Source: Lytechinus pictus (lineage: Eukaryota). From it: a stretch of DNA of 64,000 bases. The translations under genes were made by a program, and so were the position numbers. The notes below the pieces were generated by a model. It saw only the letters and a program-made list of their open reading frames with translations, did no database searches and was not told where the DNA came from. Positions within the stretch are counted from its first letter, which is position 1. Every line of letters begins with the position of its first letter. The stretch lies in NCBI RefSeq assembly GCF_037042905.1, contig NC_087251.1, forward strand, positions 39,310,001 to 39,374,000, read 5' to 3'. Of this stretch, positions 23,433 to 36,033 are shown one piece after another.

Positions 23433-24253
23433 CAGTGCGTCCCACAAAAAACGAAACCGAGATTTATCGATGATTTATCATAATTTAATCACAAATGCAA
23501 TAGACAAATGACCTACCATTGTAAAGCTTAGAATCTCCTCTTTCATCTGAAATTACTTAGATTATTTCTCATTCACGCATGAGTGAGCAAAAACAATTTG
23601 AAGAGGGGATACCAAAAAGTCATTTGGCGGGCTGTATCTGGGTTTCAAAAAGAAAACCACATTTTTAGGAAGTTCAATATCTGCTCTTTAATTTGATACC
23701 TCAATTACAGAAAATGGTCAAGAAATAAGAAAGTTCTGGTTATTTGAAATAAGGCTTGAATTTCAATAATTTCATAAAATGAAGAGGTTTTACAGGCTAG
23801 CGTTCAAAACTCACTCGACACTCCGTTTTGTTGACGATCAGCCATGCATGAAGTCTTTTGTTAACCATGCGATAGCTTCTGTGGGAAACCGGTGAAAACA
23901 CGTTTATTTAATGAGATTATGGAAATACAAGCATTGTTTCGAGGGAACGTAACTTTTTTACTTCTTGACCATTTTTTGTGATTAAAGTATCAAATTAAAG
24001 AGCAGATATTGAACTTTTTAGGCATGTGATTTTCTTTTTAAAATTCAGATACCCCCCGCCAAATGAGTTTTTGGTATCCTTTCTTCAAATTGTTTTTGCT
24101 CACTCATGCGTGAATGAGGAATAATCTAAGTAATATCAGATGAAAGAGGAGATTCTAAGCTTTACATTGGTAGGTCATTTGTCTATTGTATTTGTGATTA
24201 AGTTATGATAAATCATCGCTAAATCTCGGTTTCGTTTTTTCTGGGACGCACTG
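23433..24253. mobile_element. Tc1/mariner-type MITE with ~290-bp inverted arms, TA TSD
   Basis: TA|CAGTGCGTCCCACAAAAAACGAAACCGAGATTTA ... TAAATCTCGGTTTCGTTTTTTCTGGGACGCACTG|TA; arms stay complementary for ~290 bp. Confidence 0.9.
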
Positions 24254-24796
24254 TATATAAATACAACTCAGAATGGAGAGAAACCAAACTAATTCTGACA
24301 TAGTCTTTAAGGAGTATAACATATTAAGACCTACATTAAGCTTGTCAAACAGTTTATTTAATATTGCAGTTCATTTCATTTCAATATATCTGAAGTCTGA
24401 CACACTTTACTAACTGCATTTTTGTTACTGTCTTTATTGATGCATACCATGAATTTGCAATTGCACGCTTCGCAAACTGTGTAATGTACGTGTATACATT
24501 ATAACATCAATATGTAATCAAAGACCACTGCCATGAGCAGAAAAATAATGTCACATCTGACTTTGAAATCTTTTAATTCCCAACGAGAGACAGCCTCAAA
24601 CCATATCTCTGATTTCAATCCCAAGGTTTGTCTTTAATAACTTACTGTAAGCTACTCTCGGATGGATACATTCTCAGCGATATAATGTGGTGTCTGCTGA
24701 TGAAAATAACCTAACCATTGGCAGTCACAGCAACATTATCAGCTAGTAATATAGCAGCTCAATCACTACAGTAATCAAGTATGGCAAGCCATATCA

Positions 24797-24977
24797 GGGG
24801 GGTGTTTCATACAGCTGTTTTTAAGTTAAGAGCGACTTTAAGAACGACTGGTGAACCTTTCTTACTCGCTAAACCATCGTCCATGAACACTTTGGTGTAT
24901 ACTATTTACCACAAGAAAGGATCACCAGTCATTCTTAAAGTCGCTGTTAACTTACGTACAGCTTTATGAAACACCCA
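24797..24977. mobile_element. Palindromic MITE, same family as 9097-9288
   Basis: Shared TAAGTTAAGAGCGACTTTAAGAACGACTGGTGA arms. Confidence 0.75.
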
Positions 24978-25584
24978 TCCAACCTTAAATGCTAATATAT
25001 ATGGCAAGGCCACTTTTCCATTGTACATTTCTATATTACTGCTCAAATAAAAAAATAAAAGGGCACAAGATCTCCAAGGGGGATGAGGGGGGAGGAGCAC
25101 TGAGGCCAATCAAAAGTGGACCTCTACATTTCCAGCGAAACATTATTAATTCATCATATGTTTTTTTCAATTGTAATGAGTATTTATCAATTTTGGTTTC
25201 AAATTTATAACAGAATATTCATATTGCATGTATTTGTACTTCAATTGTTAAATTTCAAGACATCTGTATAGATTTTGTACTTTTGTTGGAAATGAGGAGA
25301 AATAGAAACTGAGATGAAACAGGTATCTGTGGCCATGACTTTCAGTGGCCTTGGATTATACAAGTCCTACAATATACAGAACTATGTACTGTTTTGTCAT
25401 CCACACATTCCCTATAATTACACAGACTATGTACTTATGGTCAATTCAAGATTACAGACCAGTCATTCGAGAACTCTTAACACTACAAGTCAGATGTTTT
25501 AATGTTTTACTCGATCAAATTACACATACATGTACCATGGTAGCATGTATCATTTACTTGATTCTTTTCTACAGCAAATTATTT

Positions 25585-25980
25585 ACCGTGTTTACACGTG
25601 CATCGGCTCGCGGTTCAGAACCAAAAGCCGATGCAGAATCGGCTTTTGGTTCATCTTGCACCGCATTTACACGCCGTCACAGCTCGCGGTGCAGAATCGG
25701 CTCGTGTGGCAAAAACCTGAAATGATACACGCACCAACAATATACGTCATAATAAAGACAACGCTGGATCCGTGCGCTTTGAAGTACGTCATAATGGTAA
25801 AGTAAATGAATGCGCGCCAATTGCCGATGCAGAATCGGCTTTCTGTCTACACGTAGTAAAAAAGCCGATTCTGCATCGGCTCGCGGTTCTGAACCTACTA
25901 CTTTGGTGGTGCAAAATTGCCGATGCAAGTTAATCGCGTTTACACGCAACAATAAAGCCAATGTAGCGTGTAAACACGGT
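25585..25980. mobile_element. MITE with TIR ACCGTGTTTACACG and internal GCCGATGCAGAATCGGC palindromes
   Basis: ACCGTGTTTACACG / CGTGTAAACACGGT ends in TTA/TAA context. Confidence 0.75.
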
Positions 25981-27570
25981 AATTGATTATGACATTCACT
26001 TCAGTACCCTTTCATCAATTGTTGAAATAGAAGATAAAATATATTACATTAAAAGTACCAAGTATAATATATCTCCTGGTAATTTACTGTAAATTCATAA
26101 ATCTAGCCATTGGGGACCTCTGCGTATATAAGGGAAAGCTGAGCTTACTTAATTAAATCATACCATGCAACCATCATTATTGATTGTAATGTTCACTTCA
26201 ATACTCTTGCATCAATTGTAAAATCAGAAGATAAATATATTGGATCATAATACCCTACTTTTTGAGATAAAATAATTAGGAAGCTGCCAAGGTCAAATTA
26301 TCCTCTATACATGTATGTGTTAGTCAAAGCAATTGCTAATGGACAAATGCGGATCATTCAAATGTTTGCAGCTACCATACAGGTGTTCACAAGATGGAAC
26401 GACTATGATTTATCCTCCTGCATTTGATTTCTTTTTCGACCGATTACCCATGGCTGCTTCCGCACCGCTGACTCATCAAATCGTATCTGGGTCCGTGCCA
26501 CCCGACGCGTCAGGATCGGCTCGAAAGAAAACACCTCTGTCCGCCCACGCCCCTCTCTGAGGGGATGCGTCGCTAAATCAGGGCGACTGGGTATGGCAGA
26601 AGCCAGAAAGGCCAGGGTGTCCTGAGGAGATGGGGACTCATCCCTCACTTGCTCCTTTTTAAAACACAACATGAATTTTTGGATCATTTGATGTCAACGG
26701 TAGGGTAAAAGACCAGGTACAAGGAGTCATATGGTAGAATTGTGCTTGGGGTCAAAAGATACATAAAGCATCGATTTGGTGTTTTGAAAATCAAACTTTG
26801 GAAATAAATATGAAGAGGCTTGAATATTACCTACATTAAGATATGAACAAAACCAAACTAAATACAAAACATGATATGAATAGTTGATACTTAAAATACT
26901 TAAATACTTAAAACTTAAAAATAATACATCATTATAGTTCATCTCCATAGACATCCACCCGTGCTCAAAAGTTAGTGAACCCCACCACAAAATGCACTCC
27001 TTCATGCTGAGTGTTGAATATAGACAACAACAGTACAATGTTTGGTGAGACCAGAGAAACAAACTTTATTGCATGTAATGTTTTATCCCCTGACTTCACA
27101 ATTAAATATCTAACACATGGCAGAACTTGAACATTCTAAATTGCACATGCAAGAGTTCACTGCCCCTTTAACAACAAAATATTGGTGCTCTTTTTAGAAG
27201 TTAAAAATCCTCATTTTCATTCTCAACTCTATTATGATCAGGCTGTTATCTGCAAAATGATGAACTGGGCAGTCGATTGTATCAAATTATCTTTCACAGT
27301 ATCAAAACAACTCTACAGAAACATGGCACATAGTAAGTGCATCTATACAGACATCATTTTTGCCTCTTAATTGTACTATACAAATATAGACACAACGTAG
27401 CATAAGTAAATACCGATATTAGAGAGTCCGCTGTCTGTCTCGTGGGAAATAGACACTCAACACTCATCACGTAATTGCTACAGATTCAATTACTTCATTT
27501 ATATTCATGGATTTTGTGAACGTTAAAAATGTCTGATATTGAATGAATTTTTTCTGCAAACTTGCTATCA

Positions 27571-27716
27571 TAATAATAATAATACTATAGGATTTGTATA
27601 GCGCACGTATCCACCTTGCTAGGTGCTCAAGGCGCTCCTACATTACCCAGGCTAAGCTAGCTACCGATTCCAGTGCGCACAGCTTTTTGAGGAATTACTT
27701 CCTGCCGGTACCCATA
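27571..27716 (-). mobile_element. 5'-truncated SINE copy
   Basis: Reverse complement of the 3' half of 35757-36033, with (TTA)n tail. Confidence 0.85.
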
Positions 27717-27847
27717 TTTGAAAGCATGTCTGTCAAATCCTTTTCTGTATATTATTCATATTTTCATAGATATGACACTAATTTTTCTCATAAATGTTAT
27801 CTCTCTTTTATCTCTTTCTCATAATTACCACTATCATTACCAGAAAA

Positions 27848-27871
27848 TAGTAGTAGTAGTAGCAGTAGTAC

Positions 27872-27904
<33 letters not shown>

Positions 27905-27920
27905 GAGTAGAAGCAGATGT

Positions 27921-27963
<43 letters not shown>

Positions 27964-27997
27964 AAGTAGTAGTAGTAGTAGGAGTAGAAGCAGATGT

Positions 27998-28087
<90 letters not shown>

Positions 28088-28088
28088 A

Positions 28089-28151
<63 letters not shown>

Positions 28152-28182
28152 CAGCAGTAGTAGTAGTAGAGTAGAAGTAGTG

Positions 28183-28249
<67 letters not shown>

Positions 28250-28272
28250 CAATAGCAGTAGCATTAGTAGTA

Positions 28273-28324
<52 letters not shown>

Positions 28325-28390
28325 CAGCAGCAGCAGTAGTAGTAGAAGAAGTAGAAGTAGTAATTAGTAGAAGTTGAAGTAGTAGTAGCA
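27848..28390. repeat. Long compound (TAG)n microsatellite
   Basis: Directly visible; the interruption GGAGTAGAAGCAGATGTG is itself duplicated (~27904 and 27981). Confidence 0.97.
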
Positions 28391-28638
28391 TAAATAAATA
28401 TGATATAGTAGAAGTACAAGTGTATTTCCATTATCATCAATATCACTTTTAACATTATTATTTTGTTTCTTCTATAATTATCATCATCATTATCATTATT
28501 ACGATTATTAATATCATTATCATCATAATCAATTATATCTCCTTCTTTCACAACCATTCTCCATGTCCTTTCTTTTCTGCAATCTGCATTTTTTTTTTTT
28601 TGGGGGGGGGGGTCATAAGCATGTCTCCTCTCAACTAC

Positions 28639-28870
28639 TAGGGACAGTGATTTTCCTTTTTACCGGTAAATAAAACGGAAATTCCGCTTGGTTCTTATAC
28701 TTTTCATGTAAATATTTATGAAATTCACCTTTGCAAAACGGAATTCAGGTTTTACTATGTACATTTTCAGTGACAAAACAGAATTTCCATTTTTAGATCA
28801 AGTTGAAACAGAATTAGGTTTTCAGAAACGGAAAAGGCCATTTTTTTTCAACGGAAAATCACTGTCTCTA
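28639..28870. mobile_element. MITE with TIR TAGGGACAGTGATTTTCC, 6-bp flanking duplication
   Basis: Right end GGAAAATCACTGTCTCTA; AACTAC at 28633-28638 and 28871-28876. Confidence 0.75.
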
Positions 28871-29581
28871 AACTACCTTATCTATTCTACACCACCTAGA
28901 CTTTGCCAAGGGCTAGGATTAAAACACCCAAATCTCCCTTACTCACACATTTCCCCTCTCTTGAAGGAAATCCTTACAGGAATCGCTTCATTTTGTTGAC
29001 ATCATAACTAGATTTGATAAACATCATGTACATCCCACCAAAATGGATGTCAAAACTGACATTTTGGTTGCCACTGGAGATCTCCTAACGATGTAAACAT
29101 CTCCGGTTTCATCATCATTCCCCATTACTTCTCACAAATTGAAGAAGCCGTTGTTTATTAACACTATCTCGCATTTTTTTATTCTTGGAACTCTTTGTGT
29201 TTTACTCCTTTTCAAATGTTTAAAGACACAAACTTTTCTAAGGTTCTTGTTTTATAAACTTATTGTTTGTTATCATCAGTTTTTCAATCCCTTTCATTTT
29301 GTATGCCTTTATCAAGATTTGTTTGGTCCAAAAAAAATATCTAGAATTCAAGTATACTATACATGTACACACTTAAAGCCATTTTAAATGTAAATGAAAA
29401 AGAAGTTCTCTATTTTGATTCAATTCAGTATTTATTTCCAAATTCAATTGCAAGGACCTAATGAGAACAAAATTATAAACGGAAAAAGTTATAATGCTAT
29501 TCTACCTAATTGGTAGAGAAAGAGAGAGTTGTAAATAAGGGACAAAAAATCTTACAAGAGAAAAAAATAGGTACAAGATCA

Positions 29582-31398
29582 AACAAGTGGAACACCTCTG
29601 GCAGTCTCGCCTGCATTACGCAATTCGATATAGCAGCAGTGCTGCTTTAGAAAACAGCTAATGAATACTTATTCACAGAAGAAAACACTAATATGATAAT
29701 AAAATGTTATATCCTTTGACCCAAAATGACATTTGACCATGACTATGTGACCTAAGACATGCGCAAAACAGTCATTCATACTTGACTACCCTAATGTTGA
29801 TGTTTCATGAGCTAGATCCATAAACTTTTTAAGTTATGATGTCAATTCAACACATACTCCCAACATGGCCAAAGTTCATTGACCTTTCAATGACCTTTGA
29901 TCTTGGCCATGTTCCTAAAACGCGCACAGGGTATTCAGGGATACATTGCTGCTCTTATTAGGGACAGTGATTTTCCGTTAAAAAAATTGCCTTTTCCGTT
30001 TCAGAAAATCGTAAATTCTGTTTCAGCACATCAGAAAACGGAAATTCCGTTTCCCCATAGACTTTGCGTACATGGAAAATTGACGATTCCGTTTACCCAT
30101 TCAGTAGCAATGTAACATCACTCGCGCTGGTCAAAATTTGTATCTGCCTCTGTACCAACAACGCAGTAGAATCCGCTCTAATCGGATCTATGCGGGTACA
30201 CAAAATATTTTGACAAACACATTTAACATGAATACATCCTCACCTTTCACATTATTAGCATTATTTTACGGTTGAATGAAATTTTATCGTTAATTTTGGG
30301 GGGTTTTGGACATCGTTTGAGCAGTCAATGACTTCAGCCTATCCGCCATTTTGGATTTCAAGACCGGAATACTGTGCCGTTACATCTTCAAACGTAGAGG
30401 GCAGCAACACATGACCGTGTTGTTAAATCAAACGATGTGTGCATGTGAATGTTTTCGATACGGCCGACCCCGCCGCCGGCCAAGGGCCGCGGCGCGGGCG
30501 AGGGGTACAATCGAGTGTGATGGAGTCAAGAGCAGTCACGATGTGTGGATTGTCATGATTGTAGTGAAGTGAGATCGTGTTTTGTGGCCATTTAATATTC
30601 GTATTTTGTTGAGATTTTGGAGTAATTTCTGTTGCAGTTCTGTGTATTCTGAGGAAAAATATATTTTCCGTGATTTTCCGTTTGTAATGCCACTTTCCTT
30701 TTCAAAAGGCCTTTCCGTGAATTCCGTCCATTTTCCGCGATCGCGGAAAACACTGTCCCTATTTATGTCCAAGTTTCATGAACTAGATCCATAAACTTTT
30801 AAAGTTATGATGACAATTCCTCAAATACCCCCAACATGGCCAAAGTTCATTGACCCCAAGTGACCTTTGACCTTAGTCATGTGACCTGAAACTCACACAT
30901 GATATTCAGGGATCCATGAATGCTCTTATGTCCAAGTTTCATGAACTACACCAATAAAATTTTAAAGTTATGACAATTTCTCAAATAACCCCACCATGGC
31001 CAAAGTTTGTTGACCCTAAGTTACCTTTGACCTTTATCATGTGACCTGAAACTCTGGCAGGGTCTTCAGTGATACACTATTACCCTTATGTCTAAGTTTA
31101 ATGAACTAGGTCCATATACTTTCGAAGTTATGACAACATTTCAAAAACTTAACCTTGGTTAAGATTTCGATATTGATTCCCCTTAGATAGGTCTAAGTTC
31201 ATTGACCCTAAATGACCTTGGTCATGTGACCTGAAACTCAGGCAGGATGTTCAGTAATACTTGATTACCCCTATGTCCTTACCCTTATGAACTAGGTCCA
31301 TATACTTTCTACGTTGAGATAACATTTCGAAAACTTAACCTTGGCCTTCGGAAAAGCGGCGCCTATAGTCTCACTCTGCTGTGCAGGCGAGACAAAAA
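29582..31398 (+). mobile_element. Second Helentron/HINE-like element with diverged TGACCT-rich internal repeats
   Basis: AACAAGTGGAACACCTCTGGCAGTCTCGCCTGCA start; end ...GTCTCAC...TGCAGGCGAGACAAAAA (subterminal IR plus hairpin). Confidence 0.75.
29959..30761. mobile_element. TAGGGACAGTG-family DNA element nested in the Helentron-like element
   Basis: TAGGGACAGTGATTTTCCG / CGGAAAACACTGTCCCTA; it interrupts the host motif GCTCTTATGTCCAAG, seen intact at ~30922. Confidence 0.8.
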
Positions 31399-33906
31399 TC
31401 AAGTAGACACTTTGTCCAATGGTAATTATAATTTATCACTTTAGGGGCATACAGAAATATCTAACTACTAGACAACTGCTTTTGACAATTTTTTACATAA
31501 TATTACACTTTTCTGAGCATTACATTCGGTCCAGCTGAAGAGCATACTATGAGTCATCCTTCGTCACCTGATGCATCATCTCTGACCAGACCCAATGATG
31601 CATCATGGTAAGGAAAAAAACACACACATCACTTTCATTGGTGTCTGTTGAAAACCCAATCTACAGGTTGCTGCTTTGATGTATTGATGCTAATGATCTT
31701 ATAAATAGCAGAGCTCTGTGATACCATTTTGAGAGCAGGAGAATATGGGATTATCTAATGATAATAAATGCAGTTGATACATGAAACAAAAATTTCTAAC
31801 ATAGATCTTTGCAAAAACCTATTGAAATTAGAGTGACATTGATTACGTTATCTGCAATAGCTTTTAACATCATTTCAACATTTTATCTCTTTTGAATTCA
31901 CTTTAATACAAAGGAAATATTTTATTGTACATTGGTATCTCAATATTGTTTCTTCAACAAACTACCAGGTTTTACTGATATGCCAATCAGATTTTCAACA
32001 AATATTGCTCAATGAAGATGAAATGCTTTGCACAAAGGAATAAGTGCGATAGCAGGGATTAAATCCAAATATTCTATTTAAGTACTTTTCAATGTTAGTT
32101 ACATCTTATAGATTAATCTTGCTTTGTATCAAACTTGATTATTTCTTCTAAAATATCTTTCTATTACTCAGTTTGATCAATAATTGGATGACAACCATAT
32201 CTCTGATTTTTTTTCTCACTAAAATGTGGGAAAAAACACATCTATCAGAGAATAATTTTGCGATACAAATTTGAATATCATTTTTGGTCATTATAGAAAA
32301 GCTCTCAACTAAGCAATGTACAGTCTTATGTAAAAATATGCTATACAAAAAGACTTTATGCATAGCAGTCTTTCAAAAATGTAGAGCAAATGCGATGCGA
32401 TACCACAAACAAACTAGTGAAATGACCAGATTAGTAGTCATCTGGGTAGAATTGACAAGTTTCATCAAAATCCCTGATTACCTTCTAATCAGAAATGACT
32501 GCATTCTGGTCAAATCTGACTAGCCATCTGACCTTTCCATTCAGTATTTTGTAAGAAACTTAACTTGTCGCGAGTTTAAAGTGATTGAACTAGGTTAATT
32601 TCAATGAATGTTAGCAATATGTACAGTAAGTACATGGAGCAGCTTTAAAAAGAAAAAGTCACCTGCAAAAAAAAAAAAAAACAGAAAGCACCTGTGATGA
32701 AAAACACTTTCTGATCTCACTATGAATTTATTCTGATACAATAAGTGATAAACGCAGCACCCAGCACTTGGGGGCATCACTTCAAAAGACTTATGAAGTA
32801 TTGTGCACTGAGTCAATTTACAATTATAATGAAAAGCTAAGATAAAGGGAAAAAAAGAGGTTTGCGAAAATGTCAAGGCCTTGGAAGGCCAAGAAAGTCA
32901 TCCAAAATGTACAAATTACATTTCGACCCATTCATGGATGCATGCGTAGTCTAAATCCATTTACATCCAAGTCAGCAGGTTGTATACCTTCAAAGTCAGA
33001 AAAAACATCCCTCAGTATTTTCCTTTTCTTTCTCTCTCTCTCTCTCGATTCAATTTCTTTTTGTCACTAAAGCTAAATCATGTCTAAAGAGCACAGATTT
33101 TGCAGATTAAAAAATACAAGAGCAAAAACTTCTTTTTTTCAAAATAGCTTCGTTCAGAAATAAGAAATGAGAACAAAAGAAGACAACATCATGTAAGACA
33201 TTTCAGGTTTACCTGTATTTAAAACAAATCATACATTCCAAATCTTTGCAATTCTCCTTTTTTGGCAGCCTCTCTTTATTGAATCCTCATCTGTTTTCAA
33301 TTTTTCTACCTTCTCTTCATCAGTAATTCTTCATTTGATATGTTTTCTTACAAATTCTCATTCTCTCTTTCAAAATCGGAACTCTGACAATCTACCATGT
33401 ATTATGTTCTTAATCCCAAGAAAGAAAATATAATAAACACAATACCTATAGCAATTATGCACTATTATGTACATAATATTTTTCTGGTGACTCAACATTT
33501 GCTCCTGCGACAATTGCTCCAGGCTTAATTTCGTCTAAGATGTAGTTTTAGGGCTAGGGTTTGCAATAGGGTTTTATGTTAGGTTTAGGGTAGTGTATAT
33601 TGTTAAACCGAGTGTTGAACGTGATCATTGGATTGGTGTGTGTAATTTAGAGCGGAGCAATTGTCATGGTACCATTTTTCTACCCTCTATGTATATAACT
33701 TTGAATTCAAAGGGAAACAATTGTTTTTCTATGCAGCATGTCCTCATCTTCAGAAGATATCTACAAGGGGGTTTTCCCTATACCTACAACGAAACTAAAT
33801 ATATTTTCTAATAAAATTACTGGTAAACGTGGCTGGGTATTTCGATTCACAAACACCAGCAGGATATAATGGGCAAACAAAATATCAAGATTCAATTAAG
33901 ACTTAC

Positions 33907-34014
33907 ATTTTTCTCCTCTAATTTGTTGATTTCAAACTTGGTGTCTAAAAGCTTTTGACTAAGCGTCAGGACCTCCCTGTTCAGGGCTTGCTTTTCCTTC
34001 TCATAAGCGGCCGC
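33907..34014 (-). CDS. BEGAIN: BEGAIN/TJAP1-family internal coiled-coil exon
   Basis: CAG acceptor (34017-34015), GTAAGT donor (33906-33901), 108 nt, phase 0/0: AAAYEKEKQALNREVLTLSQKLLDTKFEINKLEEKN, compare BEGAIN YEEEKRALSHEIVAL and TJAP1 KLLDAKNTINKLEELN. Confidence 0.92.
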
Positions 34015-35109
34015 CTGTAAAAATACAAAGATGTAAAAAGAAATAAACAGGAAGAGTACTAGAACCGTCATCTATATTAGGCTATCATAGCCATCTTTTA
34101 GAAATATGGTATGGAATTTTTGAATAAACCTTCATGAAAATAAAAGTCGTAAAGAAAATTTAGAAGTCATTATACTTCAAAGTCTGACCAAAAAAATCAA
34201 TACACTATCCTTTTACATATATAAAACTTTTCATCACCATATTACAGACTGCACAATGGCACAGAGAGCATATTTGACAATGCAGAAACCTTATTCCAAA
34301 TGACTCTCATAATATAACAATATATAATGGAAAAATCACATGAATGATAGACACAGCACATGAAACGAACAAATTAATGAATTGATGTAGGAAAATAATG
34401 AAAAATATCTTTAAAATGTAGATAATGAAAGCACATACATGGATGAATGATTTTTTTTTTCACTACAAATCTAAATGTAATTTATTTTACAATGTTATAG
34501 TGAAGCAACCTAACTGAATCAAAGACAATTAATTGCTGATAAGATTAATGATTTGACTAGTATTCTGCTATTTTCTATCAGTATGTCAAGCCCATCATTA
34601 TAAAACATTTTAAATCATTAGACTGCATGTGACCATAATTATGGTCTCTCTAAAGAGAAGAGTGATAAAGTATTTCTATAAATATCACACATTCCTTAAA
34701 ACTACAAACAACACTACTTGCTTCTGTATAATGCAATTTGCACTTTTTATCCCGGTTATAATTACAATTAATCAGTATTGTGCCACAGGTTGCATTTGAT
34801 ATTCATAGCTATCACCATGGGATGGAATAGTAATGAATAATGCATGAAATGCCTCGTAGGAGGGGAAATATTAAATAATATATCCCACTTGTGGCGAGTT
34901 GTATGCATGATAGATCTTTGGTGATATATTTCAGTACGTCAATAATTCGTCATAGAATATATATGAAATTATACCACTTCTGCTGTTGTTTATATCATTT
35001 AAGAAAATGATACAATACTTTGTATGAGAACTTTACATGTAACTTGCATGTTTGTAAAATTGATCAAAATTTGGCCTTTTGCTGCGATGATCTTTTAATA
35101 AACCATTTT

Positions 35110-35169
35110 ATCTATCTATCTATCTATCTGTCTGTCCGTCCGTCCGTCCGTCTGATCTATCTATCTATC

Positions 35170-35243
<74 letters not shown>

Positions 35244-35251
35244 ATATCTAT
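35110..35251. repeat. (TCTA)n microsatellite
   Basis: Directly visible. Confidence 0.95.
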
Positions 35252-35756
35252 CTTTTGTGTACTGGATAAAGTAGGGAACTAATTTTGAATATGAAAAATA
35301 TACCTAAAATAGTACATTCTACCCTCACATGATAAAAACACAATCATGAGGATAATTTTGCCTCCATCAAATCTGGAATTACAGGTGCATGATAAAGATT
35401 AACATTTTGTTTTCATCCTATTTATTAAGGTGAAAATTACAGCAAAGATGGAGGTAAAGTCTACAACAATTGCATGATTTGTTTACCAATTCAATTGCTT
35501 ATCATCCGCATTCTATGATTATTATACCATGTAATGAGAGAGTCTTTTGTTTCACATAAGAGTAAATAGTCATCAATTTTCCCGACGTATTTGTTCTCAG
35601 CCAATTAGATGCAAGGATTTCAGTAGCTTATAACAATATTCAGCGAAATCACTATTTGTTTCATGAGAATAATGGTCCCTAAGTCTAGTGAATAAATATC
35701 AATAGAAAAGTGTCAAGTATTTTACCAAATAATAAAGAATTTTTCTTTGAATATAT

Positions 35757-36033
35757 GGTCGCGTCGTGGTCTAGTGGTTCTGACTCTCGCCTTTCAAACA
35801 AAGGGTCGTGAGTTTGAATCCCAGCCATGGTGTGTTTTCCTTCAGCAAGAAATTTATCCACACTGTGCTGCACTCGACCCAGGTGAGGTAAATGGGTAAC
35901 GGCAGGAAGTATTTCCTCATAAAGCTGTGCGCACCAGAATCGGTAGACAAGCTTAGCCGGGGTAATATAGGAGCGCCTTGAGCACCTAGCAAGGTGGATA
36001 CGTGCGCTATACAAATCCTATATTATTTATTTT
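35757..36033 (+). mobile_element. Full-length tRNA-derived SINE
   Basis: A box TGGTCTAGTGG, B-box-like GTTTGAATCCC, central ACCCAGGTGAGGTAAATGGGTA, LINE-like tail GCGCCTTGAGCACC...GCGCTATACAAAT plus AT-rich end; second copy at 27571. Confidence 0.85.

Noticed and set aside
27797..28557. Long ORFs (poly-L/Y/T/S/V)
   Set aside because: Translations of the (TAG)n microsatellite.
33540..33595. Interstitial telomeric repeat
   Set aside because: Only a few degenerate TAGGG motifs inside a short element bounded by CAATTGCTCC/GGAGCAATTG inverted repeats.
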